A model generated the notes under the pieces. It had not been told where the DNA came from, searched no databases, and worked only from the letters and a program-made list of their open reading frames with translations. Below, in pieces: positions 31,472-42,692 of a stretch of 64,000 nucleotides of DNA (the stretch's first letter is position 1; each line of letters opens with the position of its first letter). The stretch lies in IMG/VR virus record IMGVR_UViG_3300028364_000020, positions 41,510 to 105,509 of that record; one strand, given 5' to 3'. This DNA is from a virus (Duplodnaviria; Heunggongvirae; Uroviricota; Caudoviricetes). The translations under genes and the position numbers were made by a program.

Positions 31472-33211
31472 ATGGGTAATATTAAAAAATTAAAAATATC
31501 AAAACAGCAATATAATAGGATATTTGCAAATGGAGTAATTAACGAAAATTTAGTTAAAGGTGGTGTTAATAGAGTTGCAGATGCATTTAAAAACCAAACC
31601 AAAGGAAAAGGTATTGTCTCAACAAATGAAGGGTTACTAGATTCTAACGATTTATCTCAAGAGGTAACTAAATTGCTACAATTTTTATATCGTGAATCAA
31701 ATGTTCTTTCTACTTTTTGGGAAGAAAATGGGGTTGAATATAATGATATTATTTCTAAATTAGAAAAGGCGAAACTAATTACGAGTAAAAATGGTTTATA
31801 TTCTGTAAATAAAGTAGGTTCAGCTGAAGAAGTTAAAGATAAAATAAAAACTGAACTACAAAGTATGTTACCCAATACTAAAACAGAGTTAGAAGAAGAG
31901 AATTACTCAATGAATTCTACATCTGAAAACAATAATAGAGGTAATCCTACAAACAATATTAGTTTTAAGGCAATTGCTATGAATGATGAATTCGTAATAC
32001 TTAAAACAAACAATGGTGAGTTATTTATATTTGATTATTTAGCAATTGATAGAGAAGAATTTAAAGAATACTCTGAAAGAGAAGTTTTAGATAAATATCC
32101 AAATACTGATGGTGGTTACGACATCGATTACGATGACTATTTCGAATTAGATGAAAATTCAATTAATGGTTTTCTTGATGATAATTATGGTAACGTTGAG
32201 ACGGGTGAAGGACTAAGTGACTGGGAAAGCGGTAATTTTCCATTGGTTAAAGTAGATGAAGAATTAAAAGATTTCATTAAAAACATGTATGACAAGAATC
32301 AAGTAGTATTAAACTCTTTAACTGAAATGGACGATGACAGATTAATTGATACTACTGCAATGTTTAAAAAAGATAACCAAAGAGGTTTTGATTTACCAAA
32401 AGCCCCAATAGATAAAAAAAGGATTTTAGATAAACTTAATGCGATTAGAGCTGAAGAATTAGCAAGAAGAGATTTAGAAAAAACAAGTGATGAAGAATTA
32501 GATGAAATGTCTTCTACTGGTTCTGTTGGTGGTAGTTACACTGCTTCTTTTGGTGGTGAGAATGTGATGAGAAAATCAATGCCGAATACCCCAATAATTA
32601 GAGAAGAAAAGGATTTAGGTAAAGGTTACACACACTTTGCGATATTTAAAAGCGATACTAAAATAGCTAACGGTTGGGATTATAGTAGTTTATATGACAA
32701 AGACTCAAAAAGTTATGATGATGATAGTGTTTTAGAATATGCTAGAGAAGATATGTTTAATGATTTCCCTGATAATAAATTAAGTGACTTTAAAATAGTT
32801 ACTTTAAATTACTTAAACAAAAAAGGTATCAACTCGAACGATACTAATAATTGGTATAAATATAATTTAGATGAATCAGATATTGCTGGTGCTGGGAATT
32901 TTGATTATGATAGTCCTGGTGGTTTGACAATGGATTTAGGTAAAAACAACGCTAAATCTAAAGCTGAGAAAAAAACACAATATGCTGGTGGTTCTTTTGT
33001 TGAATTTAATGATTGTACTAAATTCAACAATGAAGTAGCTTCTACTGGTTGTAGTAGTGGTGCCGTAGACAATGTAGTAAAATTAAAAAAAACTAACGGG
33101 AATATAAATGCCCCTTCATTACACGAAAGTAAAATTTTACAACTAATCGCTAAAAAAACTGGTAAAAGCGTTCGTCAGGTTATGAATATTGTAAATAAAA
33201 AAAATAAATAA
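31472..33211 (+). CDS. highly charged low-complexity protein (possible internal virion or ejected protein)
   Basis: 579 aa, D/E/K/N-rich. No enzymatic motif. Confidence 0.4.
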   Translation: MGNIKKLKISKQQYNRIFANGVINENLVKGGVNRVADAFKNQTKGKGIVSTNEGLLDSNDLSQEVTKLLQFLYRESNVLSTFWEENGVEYNDIISKLEKAKLITSKNGLYSVNKVGSAEEVKDKIKTELQSMLPNTKTELEEENYSMNSTSENNNRGNPTNNISFKAIAMNDEFVILKTNNGELFIFDYLAIDREEFKEYSEREVLDKYPNTDGGYDIDYDDYFELDENSINGFLDDNYGNVETGEGLSDWESGNFPLVKVDEELKDFIKNMYDKNQVVLNSLTEMDDDRLIDTTAMFKKDNQRGFDLPKAPIDKKRILDKLNAIRAEELARRDLEKTSDEELDEMSSTGSVGGSYTASFGGENVMRKSMPNTPIIREEKDLGKGYTHFAIFKSDTKIANGWDYSSLYDKDSKSYDDDSVLEYAREDMFNDFPDNKLSDFKIVTLNYLNKKGINSNDTNNWYKYNLDESDIAGAGNFDYDSPGGLTMDLGKNNAKSKAEKKTQYAGGSFVEFNDCTKFNNEVASTGCSSGAVDNVVKLKKTNGNINAPSLHESKILQLIAKKTGKSVRQVMNIVNKKNK

Positions 33212-33257
33212 GATTAATTTTTACTAAAAAATAACATATTTATAATTAAATTATAAC

Positions 33258-35465
33258 ATGGATAAAAACATAATTAAAAATGGGGTGACTAGAAAACTCA
33301 TTAAAGAAATAGCGGATACAACCCCAGGAATTACTGTTACCAATGCTATTCATAAAAAATCTGGTACTGAAAACAAAGTTGGTCTTAAAGCTATAGCTAA
33401 AGATGTAACCACTTATGATAAAAAATCAAAACAAGATTCTGAAACTTCAAAAGTACCTAGAAACAAAATGAATTATGAAGGTGAAGATGAGGTTGAATTT
33501 CATGAACAAATGGAAATTATGAATGGTTTAATAATGAACCAATATGATAGAGACCCATCACAAGAGTTCAAAGATAGGGCCAAAGAAGCTATTGTAGGTA
33601 GTTCTAGAATGGGAAATAAAGGTGGTGAGGGTATGGGTAACGCTGAAGCAATGGAAGGTGTTTCATCAGATGATTTTGGTGAAAAATTAGTTAAAAACGC
33701 ATCTTCTTCTATGAAAAAAAGACAAGATGCCGCTAAAGGTGTTACTAGTTTCGGTGATGACATTGAAATGGTACCTAAAGGTTATGCTCCTATGACTAAA
33801 TTTTCAGCATTAAAAGAAATGTTTAACGACTTGCTTGATGAAAACCTTATGGGTTTAACTTTTGAAAAAGGTGATTTAGTAAACATGACCAATAAAAATA
33901 GCGATAAAGCCTATCAAGCTACTTTTGTTGACACTGTAGATGGAATACACAGATTTAAAAATAAAGCTGGTGATTGGGTTACCACTAGTGGTATGGGTAG
34001 CAATTGGGTACTTAAAAAAGCTAATATAAATGAGGTTTCTAATGAAGAAACTTCTCCTTATGGTTCTGAAGAAGAATACGAATTTAATAACAGTGATGAT
34101 GCAAAAAAACCATTGGAAACTGACAACAATTTTAATAACAGTGATGATGCAAAAAAACCATTGGAAACTGACAACAATAAAAAAACAAAAGTAAAGGAAG
34201 CAATGAAAAGACTTAAATTTAAAAAAGAATTCAATGGATTTGGTAACGCATTAAAATTAATACCAGAAAGTTATAAAATAGATAACAAAACTTTTAAAAT
34301 GACTGATGGTAACGAAAATTATACTATCCGTTGGGAAGGTACATTATCTGAAGGTAAAGCAATCATATTAAAAGCTTCTGATAATCAAATTGTAAACGAA
34401 GACTTACAAAGAATCAAACACTTCATGCATTACAAATCAAAAGACACTTTAGGTTTAGTTAAAGGTGGTGCTAGATTGTTAGAGAACAAAGTATTTGATA
34501 CTTCATATAAAACTATTAAAAACTTGTTTGAAAATGAAAATATTGAAGGTCATACAGCTAAAGAAGGTGATTTGAACAAAGCTGTAAAAAAAGCACCAGA
34601 GGCACAAAAACACATCCAAGGTAGTGTTTCAAAAGATAAAGGAACGAAGGCACCAGCACCTAAAACTGGTAATATGAAATCCTTACAAACAGTAAAAAGT
34701 CAAGCCCCAGAAGCTAAGAAACACGTTCAAGGTAGTGTAGATTCCAAAATAGGTATGGGGTTAGGTGTTGAAGCACCAGAAGGTGAGTGGAGTGATATAG
34801 ATACACCACAAGGTGCTGCTCATGGGACCGTTCAATCAACAACGTATGCAAAAACACCAACAACTGGTATGTGGGATAAAATTTCTGTACCACAAGCTAA
34901 TGACGCTAAAAAACATGTCAATATGATGGAGAAATTAGAGTTAAATGGGATGATTTTTGAAACGATGTATGAAGAAGAAGAATTGGCAACTTCCAGTGGG
35001 TCGGAGACAGAAGAACAAATCTTAGCCCGTGCTGTTGCTGAAATTGAAAATGACCCAAAGCTACCTCAAGTGGTAAAACAAATTATGAATGACCCAAAAG
35101 CAATGGCTGAATTAAAAGTGTTAGCGGATAAAATAAATTTACCATTGAACGAAAATGCTGATATCAACACACAACAAGTAGCAATGGCTTTGAGTAAAAC
35201 TTTAGGTGGGTTAAATGAAGAAGAAAAAGTTGGAGTTGGTAATAAAATTATAAACGCAGGGCTGTTAGGTGGTATTGTTGGTGGTACATTAGGTCATTAT
35301 ATTATCAGATTACCAAGAACTGACACATGGACAGATGCAGTTGAGATGGTAAGTGACAAAGGTGATTTAATGTTGATTACTTTTGCTTCTGCCGCTATAG
35401 CAGCGATATTAGCAAGTGTTTATTACCTTGGTAAAAAAAAGCAGATGTATGAAGGTACTGAATAA
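33258..35465 (+). CDS. highly charged repeat-containing protein with a C-terminal TM anchor
   Basis: 735 aa. It has a tandem repeat FNNSDDAKKPLETDNN x2 and repeated APEA(Q/K)KH(I/V)QGSV motifs. The C-terminal hydrophobic helix is LITFASAAIAAILASVYYLGKKK. Confidence 0.45.
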   Translation: MDKNIIKNGVTRKLIKEIADTTPGITVTNAIHKKSGTENKVGLKAIAKDVTTYDKKSKQDSETSKVPRNKMNYEGEDEVEFHEQMEIMNGLIMNQYDRDPSQEFKDRAKEAIVGSSRMGNKGGEGMGNAEAMEGVSSDDFGEKLVKNASSSMKKRQDAAKGVTSFGDDIEMVPKGYAPMTKFSALKEMFNDLLDENLMGLTFEKGDLVNMTNKNSDKAYQATFVDTVDGIHRFKNKAGDWVTTSGMGSNWVLKKANINEVSNEETSPYGSEEEYEFNNSDDAKKPLETDNNFNNSDDAKKPLETDNNKKTKVKEAMKRLKFKKEFNGFGNALKLIPESYKIDNKTFKMTDGNENYTIRWEGTLSEGKAIILKASDNQIVNEDLQRIKHFMHYKSKDTLGLVKGGARLLENKVFDTSYKTIKNLFENENIEGHTAKEGDLNKAVKKAPEAQKHIQGSVSKDKGTKAPAPKTGNMKSLQTVKSQAPEAKKHVQGSVDSKIGMGLGVEAPEGEWSDIDTPQGAAHGTVQSTTYAKTPTTGMWDKISVPQANDAKKHVNMMEKLELNGMIFETMYEEEELATSSGSETEEQILARAVAEIENDPKLPQVVKQIMNDPKAMAELKVLADKINLPLNENADINTQQVAMALSKTLGGLNEEEKVGVGNKIINAGLLGGIVGGTLGHYIIRLPRTDTWTDAVEMVSDKGDLMLITFASAAIAAILASVYYLGKKKQMYEGTE

Positions 35466-35558
35466 TTGACTGGTAACCAAGATGAGTTAGATGTTGAACC
35501 AGAAGGTGGAGATGGTGATATTGACGCTAACGATTTTGAAGAACTTAGAAAATAAAAC

Positions 35559-35592
35559 AAAAAAAAGGTACTAACATTAGTACCTTTTTTTA
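35559..35592 (+). terminator. rho-independent terminator hairpin
   Basis: The sequence aaaaaaaaggtactaacattagtacctttttttat is a stem followed by a T-run. Confidence 0.6.
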
Positions 35593-35638
35593 TTTGATTA
35601 TATTTATGGTTAAATAATATAATCAAATAAAAAACAAA

Positions 35639-36253
35639 ATGAGTTTAATAAATTTACAAACTAAAATTGGTGCAAAAGCAGATGGTGTGTTTGGACCAAA
35701 TACATTAAGAAAAGCTATGGAATTTTATAAGTTAACACCAATAACCGCTGCCCATTTTTTTGGACAAGTAAGTCATGAAACTGGAAATTTTAGGTTATTT
35801 ACAGAAAACTTAAACTACTCAGCAAGTGGTTTAAGAAAAACTTTTAGAAAATACTTTCCTGGTAAACTAGCCGAACTATACGCCAGAAACCCAGAGAAGA
35901 TTGGCTCAAGAGTTTACGCCAATAGAATGGGTAACGGGAATGAAGAATCAAAAGAAGGATTTTTTTTTAGAGGCCGAGGGGCCTTACAATTAACTGGAAA
36001 ATTAAATTATATTGCTTTTTCAAAATATTTAGAAAACCCATCTGTAGTTACCGAACCAGATTTGGTAACCACTGAATATGCTTTTGAATCAGCAATGTTT
36101 TTTTTCAAAAGAAACAAGTTATGGTCAATCTGTAGTAAAGATGTAAGTGATAAAAGCATTACAGCTTTAAGTAGGAGAATAAACGGTGGTATTAATGGTT
36201 TAGAAGATAGAATCGAAAAAACTAACAGGTATCATGGTTGGTTGGTTGACTAA
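35639..36253 (+). CDS. endolysin: N-terminal peptidoglycan-binding domain plus a GH19 chitinase-like lysozyme domain
   Basis: A PG_binding_1-like segment is present (DGVFGPNTLRKAMEFYKL). GH19 signatures are present (FFGQVSHETGNF ... FRGRGALQLTGKLNY). Confidence 0.75.
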   Translation: MSLINLQTKIGAKADGVFGPNTLRKAMEFYKLTPITAAHFFGQVSHETGNFRLFTENLNYSASGLRKTFRKYFPGKLAELYARNPEKIGSRVYANRMGNGNEESKEGFFFRGRGALQLTGKLNYIAFSKYLENPSVVTEPDLVTTEYAFESAMFFFKRNKLWSICSKDVSDKSITALSRRINGGINGLEDRIEKTNRYHGWLVD

Positions 36254-36302
36254 AAAATAGTAACTATTTATTTTTTAATTTTTAGTCATATATTATATTA
36301 AA

Positions 36303-36764
36303 ATGAATAAAAATAATTCAAGTTTCTTAGATTATATAAACAAACCGATGTCGTTGGAAGACATTCGTGTAACATATACTACTAACAACATATATTCAGA
36401 AAAATGTGAATTGTACGGTGATTTTGTACAGTCGTTGTTGTTAGTAGTATTTGATACATATTTGGGTGATGACGCATTAAATTACGACAACCAGTTTAAG
36501 CATTTTGAATGGTGTTGGAACAAAGTCGTTAAAGATTTTGAATTAGAGGGGGTTCGAATCGATAACCCTAAACTTTATAATTACTTTTTAGAATTCACTT
36601 TTGAGGTCTTCTACCTTTATCCAGATAAAACACCATTTTATTATAAAGACCAAGCTATATTAAACATATGGGTTGAATTGTTTAACTTTACCAATTTAAA
36701 AACAAATTCAGAACTAGACGCTTTGGTCGAAATATACAAATTATTTGAAAATTCATTAAAATAA
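36303..36764 (+). CDS. hypothetical protein
   Basis: 153-aa ORF. Confidence 0.35.
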   Translation: MNKNNSSFLDYINKPMSLEDIRVTYTTNNIYSEKCELYGDFVQSLLLVVFDTYLGDDALNYDNQFKHFEWCWNKVVKDFELEGVRIDNPKLYNYFLEFTFEVFYLYPDKTPFYYKDQAILNIWVELFNFTNLKTNSELDALVEIYKLFENSLK

Positions 36765-37426
36765 TGTTTATTTTTTTAAAAACATTAGTATACTTGTGTA
36801 TGGAAACAGATAAACTTTTTAACGTAATTATTTTAGATTGGACAACCGAAAAAATGAAAATAGATATTGACCTGCAATCTATTGTTAATTCCAATCAAAA
36901 AACAAAAAAAAAATCTAAACTAATTAGAAAATTAGTAAACAAACTATTAATGATAGAATTAAACATTGAGAAATTTAATACAATGATTAACACAAATGAA
37001 AATAAAATAAAAGAACAATAAAACTATGGAAAAATTTAATAAACTAAAAAGCCTTGTTGAAAATATGGAAAACGACACCACAAATTATTACCTTAAAGGT
37101 AATAAATCCGCTGGGGTTAGAATTAGAAAAGAATTATTATTAATTAAAGCATTAACCCAAGAAATTAGGTTAGAAGTGTCAGCAAAAAATAAAGAAGATA
37201 AAAAAAATAAATTATAATGATTACAGAAATGTTGGATAAACTTTTAATTATGTTATTTTTTTTAAGTCTTTTAAATACAATTAGACACATGTATTATTTA
37301 ATCCAAACTTTTTTATTATCGACAAAGGAATATCCGATAAGATATATAATATCCAATAATAGTTTATGTTTATTGGGGTTATCGATATCCTTCATATTAA
37401 CATTCATATTCACAAATATATAAAAA

Positions 37427-38098
37427 ATGTCAGATTTACAACAAACCTTAGAAGCCCTACAACCATATGTGGTTGGGATTAGATATGTGGAATCAACACC
37501 AGTAATTGATGTCGTATATAAAGACGGCTGGACAATAGTTTCAGATAAGAACATTAAAATGGTTAAAGGGGAGAATAAACTTAACTTAAACTATTATATG
37601 TTATTTGGTGAAACAGATAATATAGGTATAGATGACTTATTAGCGAATGTTACTTTAGTGATAGAAATTAATCAAGAACGTGAAAAAAAACATGAGATGT
37701 TTAAAGAAACGGTAAATGATTTGAAAAACTTATTTAAAAAACATTCGTTAACTGAATTAAAACGATTAAAAATATCTATTGTAGAAGAAGATTTTGGTGA
37801 GGACCTTAATAGCTTTAATGAATTCGATGCCTTCGATACAAACGTTGATGAAAGCTATGATTTGACACCAAAGGTTGATTACGTTGAGGAAAATGTTTTA
37901 CTTGAAGAACCTAAAGATACCCCAAAATTAAAAGTTATTGAATATTTAGATGAAAATAATCAACCAATTAAATTTACAAGCGAGGAATTAGAAGAAATGG
38001 AAGAAGAAGCTAGAGGTAAAAGAAACATTGAGTTACAAAAAGAAAAATCGATTAATAAATCTTTAAGGCAAAAAGTGGAATTACCACCAAAAAAATAA
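37427..38098 (+). CDS. hypothetical acidic protein
   Basis: 223-aa E/D-rich ORF. Confidence 0.4.
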   Translation: MSDLQQTLEALQPYVVGIRYVESTPVIDVVYKDGWTIVSDKNIKMVKGENKLNLNYYMLFGETDNIGIDDLLANVTLVIEINQEREKKHEMFKETVNDLKNLFKKHSLTELKRLKISIVEEDFGEDLNSFNEFDAFDTNVDESYDLTPKVDYVEENVLLEEPKDTPKLKVIEYLDENNQPIKFTSEELEEMEEEARGKRNIELQKEKSINKSLRQKVELPPKK

Positions 38099-38162
38099 TT
38101 ATAATAAAATAAATCGTATAAAGAATGTAGGCTGCGAGAGATGCATGGATATATAGGTAATA

Positions 38163-38188
38163 AAAATAGCCTCAAACGAGGCTATTTT
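38163..38188. terminator. bidirectional terminator hairpin between convergent genes
   Basis: The sequence aaaatagcctcaaacgaggctatttt is a perfect palindrome flanked by A and T runs. Confidence 0.65.
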
Positions 38189-38191
38189 ATA

Positions 38192-38521
38192 TTAATTATT
38201 TTCGGTAAATACTCTTTCTAAAGCTTCTTGTAAGGTATGAATCAACCATACACTTCCACTACTAAGTAAACCACATAAAAAAATTGTTAAATAAATGTTG
38301 TCGGTTGTTATTGGTGTTTTAGTATTAAAATAGATTAATGTACCCGAAACAACAAAGCCTATCCAAGTAGATAAACACATAAAACAAGTAAACAACTTAT
38401 ATAAGCTATAACCACCAGTACCAAAACGTTTTAAAAAGTTCCTATAACCTTCAAAAATAGAGCCATAAATTAAGTTATTAGTCGCACCGTAACATATTAT
38501 AATAAAAATAATTGCATTCAT
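38192..38521 (-). CDS. small integral membrane protein (3 predicted TM helices)
   Basis: 109 aa with three hydrophobic segments. It is a minus-strand gene that converges on the terminator. Confidence 0.45.
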   Translation of the reverse strand: MNAIIFIIICYGATNNLIYGSIFEGYRNFLKRFGTGGYSLYKLFTCFMCLSTWIGFVVSGTLIYFNTKTPITTDNIYLTIFLCGLLSSGSVWLIHTLQEALERVFTENN

Positions 38522-39066
38522 AATTTTTACTTAAAGATAATGTAATAATGGTGAAATGTAAATAAAAAACAAAATAAAAATGGGTAAAGCAATAGAATCC
38601 GAAATATCAAAATTAGAAAATGAGGTTTTGATGGAAAAATTCAAAACTGAATTAAACAATGCTAAATTAATTAGAGACTTAAGAGGTAGTTTAGGTGTTG
38701 AGATTAAAAAAAATCCAAGAAAAATTAAATTAAAGAAAATATCGTTTTTAGATAAATTAATGGTTACCTTAAGAAATATGTTTACAAAATTTTAATATGA
38801 AATACCAAGATTTACTTAACTCTATTTCATCTATATTAATAGACGAAAAAATAATAAAAGAAGGGTTACTATTAACTTATGAATTAAATGAAGAAGACCA
38901 TAGAAACCTTAACGAAGAAGTTTTTTATATGTTTAACAGAATGACAGAAGAATTTATACCAGACAAAGAATTTGAGATATCTTATTCTGGTATTGTTGTT
39001 AAATTTGTTAAAAAAGTTGTGGAGGTAAATTAAAATATTTAATTTTGTGATTAAACTATATAAAAC

Positions 39067-39687
39067 ATGAAATTAAGTAAAATATTACCTAACCACCCAG
39101 ACTATTGTCAAGACTTTAATTTTATTGCTGGTGTTGATGAATCGGGTAGAGGTTGCGGTGCTGGTCCAATAGTTACTGCTGCTGTTATTTTACCTAAAAA
39201 TTTTGAATCAAATTTACTAAGAGATTCCAAAAAATTAAACGATAAACAAAGACAAGAAGCTTATGATTTAATAATTAAAAATTGTATAAGTTTTTCTTGT
39301 ACTGCTAGTTCTGTTGTGACAATTAACAATCATGGGATAGATAAAGCAATCTTCATTAGTTTTAATAAATCATTAAATGAATTACACATAAAACCAGACC
39401 ATGTTTTAGTTGATGGAAACCGATGGGATGATGAAGGAAAAATTAAATTTGTTAATATTGTTTCCTTAGTAGTTAAGGGTGACGATAGCTATTCATGTAT
39501 AGCGGCAGCTTCTATAATCGCTAAAGTAAAACGTGATGAATATATGATTACATTATCTAAACAATTTACAGAATATAGATGGGATAAAAATAAAGGATAT
39601 CTAACAGCAGAACATATAACAGCTATTAGTAAGATTGGAGTTAATAAATACCACAGAAAAAAATTCGTTAGAAATTTCGTTAAATAA
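39067..39687 (+). CDS. rnhB: ribonuclease HII
   Basis: The GVDESGRGCGAGPIV motif is present (catalytic D-E-S-G-R-G). A downstream DSK motif is present, and the length is typical. Confidence 0.85.
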   Translation: MKLSKILPNHPDYCQDFNFIAGVDESGRGCGAGPIVTAAVILPKNFESNLLRDSKKLNDKQRQEAYDLIIKNCISFSCTASSVVTINNHGIDKAIFISFNKSLNELHIKPDHVLVDGNRWDDEGKIKFVNIVSLVVKGDDSYSCIAAASIIAKVKRDEYMITLSKQFTEYRWDKNKGYLTAEHITAISKIGVNKYHRKKFVRNFVK

Positions 39688-39744
39688 AACTTGTTAATCA
39701 AAAAAAAAATAGTACATTTGTTGAAATAACTTAAAAAATAAATT

Positions 39745-41175
39745 ATGAGTACATTATTATCTGCTATGCAAACAAAGGATAAACTTACCTCTAACGGTAT
39801 GGTAACTAATTCTACATCATTAAACCATTGTGTTGATTTATTTTTTAATTTTGGTTCAATGAGAGGTAAGGATAAAAATAGGTTGATTAACTTGTTTGTA
39901 AAAGCCTATGATGAAGACCCTTTAACCGCTATGCGTTTATTATTTTGGGTTAGAGACGTTAGAAGCGGTGCTGGTGAGCGTCAGATATTTAAGGATATTA
40001 TGGTTTATTTGGCTTTGAATCGCACTAACGTTATGGGTAAAAACTTAAGTTTAGTTAGTGAATTTGGTAGATGGGATGATTTATTACCTCTATTTGGAAC
40101 ACCATTACAACTAAACGCTTTGACCTTAATTGAAGAAGCTTTAATCAATAAAGATTCTCTTTGTTCAAAATGGATGCCAAGACCAAATTCTAATGTATTG
40201 ATTAAAAGAACTCAAGCAAATACGTTAAGAAATCATTTACGTTTATCACCTAAAGAATATCGTAAAATGTTAGCTGAAAATTCAAACACAGTAGAACAAT
40301 TAATGTGTGGTAAAGAATTTGATAAAATAGAGTATTCTAAATTACCATCTAAAGCGATGAGTGATTTAATGAAAACTTTCTATAGAAACGATTATGTTCG
40401 TTTTAAAAATTACTTGGAAAGTGTTAATAAAGGGGAAAGTAAAATAAATGCTGGTGCGTTATACCCATATGATGTAATAAAAAACCTTAAACAAGGTAAT
40501 TTTATTGGTGCTAATTCACAATGGAATGCTTTACCTAACTATATGGAAGGTTCGTTAGAAAGATTATTACCAATCGTAGATGTTTCTGGGTCTATGTCTT
40601 GTTCAGCTGGTGGTAGTGATTCTATAAGTTGTATGGATGTCGCTATTTCACTAGGTTTATATATTTCTGAAAGAAACATAGGTGTGTTTAAAGATTCTTT
40701 CATCACATTTTCTAGTTCACCAACACTACAAGTCCTTAAAGGGTCTTTACTAGAGCGTCATAACCAATTAAAGTTAAGTGATTGGGGTATGAACACAAAT
40801 ATCGAAGCTACATTTAACTTAATATTAGAAAAAGCTATTGAGGGTAATGTACCAGAGAGTGAAATGCCAACTATGATTATTATTTTATCAGATATGGAAT
40901 TTGACTATTGTAGTTCTAATAATAACGACACAGCTTTAGATATGATAAACTCTAACTTTGAAAAAGCTGGGTATAAGACACCTAAAATTTCTTTTTGGGA
41001 TTTAAATTCATCAAATTCAAATTCTCCAGTTAAATTTGACGAAAAAGGAACATGTTTAGTTTCAGGTTTTTCCACTTCTATTTTAAAGAGTTTATTATCT
41101 GGTCAATCTATGACACCATTATCTATGATGATGTCCGTAATTGGAGAAGAAAGATATTCAAAAGTTTCGATATAA
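39745..41175 (+). CDS. vWA-domain protein with a MIDAS motif, N-terminal region possibly TROVE/Ro-like
   Basis: The IVDVSGSMS motif matches the DxSxS MIDAS site. The N-terminal region has LFWVRDVRSGAGERQ. The domain order resembles Ro60/DUF2828-type proteins, but the TROVE assignment is uncertain. Confidence 0.5.
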   Translation: MSTLLSAMQTKDKLTSNGMVTNSTSLNHCVDLFFNFGSMRGKDKNRLINLFVKAYDEDPLTAMRLLFWVRDVRSGAGERQIFKDIMVYLALNRTNVMGKNLSLVSEFGRWDDLLPLFGTPLQLNALTLIEEALINKDSLCSKWMPRPNSNVLIKRTQANTLRNHLRLSPKEYRKMLAENSNTVEQLMCGKEFDKIEYSKLPSKAMSDLMKTFYRNDYVRFKNYLESVNKGESKINAGALYPYDVIKNLKQGNFIGANSQWNALPNYMEGSLERLLPIVDVSGSMSCSAGGSDSISCMDVAISLGLYISERNIGVFKDSFITFSSSPTLQVLKGSLLERHNQLKLSDWGMNTNIEATFNLILEKAIEGNVPESEMPTMIIILSDMEFDYCSSNNNDTALDMINSNFEKAGYKTPKISFWDLNSSNSNSPVKFDEKGTCLVSGFSTSILKSLLSGQSMTPLSMMMSVIGEERYSKVSI

Positions 41176-41193
41176 TAAATCAATTATAAACAA

Positions 41194-41226
41194 AAAAAAT
41201 CCCCAAATATTTGGGGATTTTTTTGT
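41194..41226 (+). terminator. rho-independent terminator hairpin
   Basis: The sequence aaaaaaaatccccaaatatttggggatttttttg. Confidence 0.7.
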
Positions 41227-41264
41227 TTATGGTCTTTACATATCAAATATAAATCGTTATTTTT

Positions 41265-41753
41265 ATGAAAACATATAAAATGGATATAAAGGTAAAAGAG
41301 ATTTCTAGAATATTAAAGGATGATGGGTTAACAACATCAGAATATCTAGTTTATTTATTAATTGATAACAAGAATATTGAATGTCATGAAGTTTATGGGG
41401 AAACGGAGTTAGATGAAACATTATTAACATTATTTAATCAGTTTTTGTTAGATACAAATAATGTAACCTATGAAAGAATTAAAGAACCAATTAAAGATTA
41501 TCCATTGATTATTGTCTTTTATTTAGATGTTGATTTAATGAAAAACTCGGCTATTATCACACCATTTGTTGAGGCTGTAAACAACCTACTAGATTTTAAA
41601 AAAGCTAACGCAATTGCCTTATTTCTCCCTACAAACGGTGAAGAACGTGTTGAGTGTATTAACCCTATTTTAGTTCCAGAACTAGATATGAATAAAATAA
41701 ATAACATGATTGATGATATTAAAAAGCAATTTTCAATCGGTACTGAAAAGTAA
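41265..41753 (+). CDS. hypothetical protein
   Basis: 162-aa ORF. Confidence 0.35.
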   Translation: MKTYKMDIKVKEISRILKDDGLTTSEYLVYLLIDNKNIECHEVYGETELDETLLTLFNQFLLDTNNVTYERIKEPIKDYPLIIVFYLDVDLMKNSAIITPFVEAVNNLLDFKKANAIALFLPTNGEERVECINPILVPELDMNKINNMIDDIKKQFSIGTEK

Positions 41754-41970
41754 AATATAATTAAACAAATAAAAAAAATGGATAATCAACAAAAAGCAGA
41801 AATTTACGATGAATGTATAAGGGAAAGCGATAAATTACAGAATATTAACAGTAAAATAAAAGCACAATATGTTACTAACATTCCTTCGGAATTGCAAGAG
41901 ACAATAGATAAAAATAATGAGAAAATAAGTAAACTAGTTTTAAAATTAGAAAATTTATTTAAATAAACAC

Positions 41971-42007
41971 AAGAAGAACCAATTACGGGCGTGTACTGGT
42001 TCTTCTT
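41971..42007. terminator. bidirectional terminator hairpin
   Basis: The aagaagaacca and tggttcttctt arms form an inverted repeat between convergent ORFs. Confidence 0.55.
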
Positions 42008-42636
42008 ATTTTTAGATTACCCCAACCAGTTTTATCGGCTATCATATTATATAATAAAGTAGTAGTTGCTGGACCAGCTGTACCCATAAACAATAAATTC
42101 TTTATTTTCTGTTTATTTGCTATTTTTGCTAAAGTATGATGTAGTCTTTGAGCTTCATTTTTATTTTTACATATAACCATATCAAATTGACTTTCAGTAT
42201 AAATAATCAGTTTATTATTAACTACTATTATTTGCTTTACTGAATTCTTAGCATATACATTAACCATTAACCTTTTAATTACTTCAGTAATAGTTGGTCT
42301 GGAATCACCTACAAAACCATAGATATAGAATGTTTCCTCGACTTCATATTTACTAGAAGTAATTACAGTTAAATCACCAATATTCTTTTCCACATATAAT
42401 TTACCGTAATCGTCACGAAGTAATCTATTTACATCATCTGGTTCAGTTTTTTTGGTTAAACAAATTTCATATTTAACTTTTTTAATCACAACACTATTCA
42501 GATATCTCTTTGGGAATAATACCTTATTGTTTTCCACCAATCGATTAAAATTAATAAACGCTGTTTTTCTTTTTTTTGATGTATGTAACGTTTTTTTGTG
42601 TATGCCGTTAGAAAGTAAAATAATACTAAAATCCAT
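41983..42636 (-). CDS. hypothetical protein
   Basis: 217-aa minus-strand ORF converging on the terminator. It has a C-terminal LFMGTAGPATT motif of unknown family. Confidence 0.4.
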   Translation of the reverse strand: MDFSIILLSNGIHKKTLHTSKKRKTAFINFNRLVENNKVLFPKRYLNSVVIKKVKYEICLTKKTEPDDVNRLLRDDYGKLYVEKNIGDLTVITSSKYEVEETFYIYGFVGDSRPTITEVIKRLMVNVYAKNSVKQIIVVNNKLIIYTESQFDMVICKNKNEAQRLHHTLAKIANKQKIKNLLFMGTAGPATTTLLYNMIADKTGWGNLKIRRTSTRP

Positions 42637-42692
42637 TAAATGTTTGTTTTATTGAATAAAGTTACGTACTTTTACGTCAAAATAAAGAACAT

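Noticed and set aside
41983-42636. Assignment of the minus-strand 217-aa protein to the LOG/Rossmann family based on LFMGTAGPATT
   Set aside because: Motif similarity is too weak (there is no GGGxGxMG or PGGxGTxEE pair), so it is left as hypothetical.
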